DNA of 59,558 nucleotides, filler included. It is 7 parts of 7 records of this genome, joined end to end, with 100 filler letters (N's around TTAATTAATTAA, not from the genome) between each part and the next. Parts side by side here need not be neighbours in the genome. Positions count along the whole stretch, not along the records: positions 54,151 to 59,558 come from SRR31147125_12821; 6 more parts are not named here. The stretch is one strand, 5' to 3'. Shown here piece after piece: positions 58,341-59,558 of the stretch. Below the pieces are notes generated by a model. The model was not told the origin of the DNA. It worked only from the letters and a program-made list of their open reading frames with translations, and searched no databases. Every line of letters begins with the position of its first letter. Within the stretch, counting starts at the first letter, position 1. Made by a program: the position numbers and the translations under genes.

Positions 58341-59558
58341 ATGAAATTAAGAGGTAAAATGACGTTAGGGGTATTATTTATATCAATTGTTCCACTGTTA
58401 TTCATGGGATTTGTTACATATACAATAGGTTTAAATAAGACTATTGTGCAAAGCAAAGGTGAAGCAGCAAGAATAGTTTCGCAAGTTAATGTAACATTAA
58501 AGCAAACTGTAGATACAGCAGTTAAAGAAGCAGAGATTCTCGCTAAAACGATTAGAAATGTTGGGCAAGAGGGGAGTTTAGAATATATTAGGAATTTAAA
58601 AGAGAGTAATCCCGGATATATTTCAGTTTATTTAGGTAAACCACAAGATGGTAAACTAATTACATATCCACAATTTGATCTGCCAGATAGCTACGATGCT
58701 ACTCAGAGAGGGTGGTATAAAGGAGCAAGAGGAAAAGACCATTATGTATCTGAACCTTATGTAGACGCATCATCTGGAGCCATGACTATAACAGTTGCAA
58801 AGGAAGTTGTGAAGGATGGAGAGTTAATAGGTGTATTGGGAATTGATTTCAATCTAAGCTCTTTGGGACAAATGTTGAATCAAGTTAAAATAGGTAAAAC
58901 TGGATATTTATTTTTATATGATAAAAGCGGACTAACTATTTCTCACCCAAATGAAGATTTGATAGGGACAAATATTATTGAAGCTGTTCCTGATGTTTCT
59001 GAAACTTTGAGTAAATCATCCGGAGATGTAAGATACAAGTTTGAAGGAGAAAAGAAGACTGTATTCTATAAGGAAGTTGAAGGGCTTAACTGGAGACTTG
59101 CTGCTACGGTGAACGATGGCGAGATGAAAGCAAGATTTAACACTGTAAGAAATGCAATTGCGATAATATTAGTAGTTGTATTAATATTCGCAGGCTTCGG
59201 CCTATTTGTAGTACAAAAGAGTATAGTTAAGCCTATAGTCGATTTTACACTATCATTTAGGAAGTTAGCAAATGGAGAACTTTCAGTTGATTCGAAAATT
59301 AACTCAAAAGATGAACTTGGTGAGTTATCAGATCAGTTTAATGATTTTGTTTCAAAATTGAAGGGAACTATTTTGGATATTAAGACGTTGTCGAATGAAG
59401 TACAAGTATCAAATAATGAGCTAACGAAAGCCATTGACAATATAATAAAGGGTGAAAACAGTCAGCACATTAATGAAATAAGAGACTCACTTGATAAAGG
59501 GATCAATCAGCTTAATGCTCAGGTAGGACTTGTACTTGATAATGTAAGAAATCAAACT
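58341..59558 (+). CDS. Methyl-accepting chemotaxis-type receptor with dCache_1 and HAMP domains (3' truncated; not in ORF track)
   Basis: RBS AAGGAG; MKLRGKM plus TM1; YDATQRGWY...EPYVD...GIDF dCache; TM2; HAMP (LANGELS...SKDELGELSDQFNDF); open to the window end. Confidence 0.88.
   Translation, partial: MKLRGKMTLGVLFISIVPLLFMGFVTYTIGLNKTIVQSKGEAARIVSQVNVTLKQTVDTAVKEAEILAKTIRNVGQEGSLEYIRNLKESNPGYISVYLGKPQDGKLITYPQFDLPDSYDATQRGWYKGARGKDHYVSEPYVDASSGAMTITVAKEVVKDGELIGVLGIDFNLSSLGQMLNQVKIGKTGYLFLYDKSGLTISHPNEDLIGTNIIEAVPDVSETLSKSSGDVRYKFEGEKKTVFYKEVEGLNWRLAATVNDGEMKARFNTVRNAIAIILVVVLIFAGFGLFVVQKSIVKPIVDFTLSFRKLANGELSVDSKINSKDELGELSDQFNDFVSKLKGTILDIKTLSNEVQVSNNELTKAIDNIIKGENSQHINEIRDSLDKGINQLNAQVGLVLDNVRNQT

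Overview
The window is not one locus. It is seven unrelated contigs joined by artificial 100-nt spacers (N44-TTAATTAATTAA-N44), so gene neighbourhoods mean nothing across the spacers. Taxonomic labels below are impressions from gene content and composition. (1) 1-7413, AT-rich: siphovirus-type tail module (tape measure, large tail-tip protein). (2) 7514-12893, Desulfobacterales-like: a roughly 1400-aa sensor PP2C/SpoIIE phosphatase with four periplasmic binding domains, convergent on a paralogous phosphatase; two small genes; start of tupA. (3) 12994-18303: lytic transglycosylase, TPR lipoprotein, truncated Uma2 gene and a sigma-54 PEP-CTERM gene. (4) 18404-36327, spirochaete-like: DUF1295-plsY-DAK2/DegV lipid operon, divergent from an RHH/Cys-His regulator plus Zn/Mn ABC transporter; MATE; metallophosphoesterase; LacI-controlled sugar ABC cluster with two VOC proteins and a ThuA/aldo-keto reductase ORF; end of a DEAD-box helicase. 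(5) 36428-47212, FCB/KSB1-like: GH-like proteins, T9SS cargo, CatA-like acetyltransferase, HlyIII, dodecin, PPK2. (6) 47313-54050, Firmicutes-like: mannose-family PTS catabolic operon ending in ptsH/ptsI. (7) 54151-59558: sbcD/sbcC and an amino-acid-type dCache chemoreceptor. About nine genes are split by single-base indels, mostly in homopolymers and probably sequencing errors. Best candidates for undescribed systems: the RHH/Cys-His metal regulator with a candidate operator, the hydrolase-free ThuA/AKR/VOC sugar cluster, and the DUF1295-PlsY-Fak operon. I saw no rRNA, tRNA or CRISPR array.
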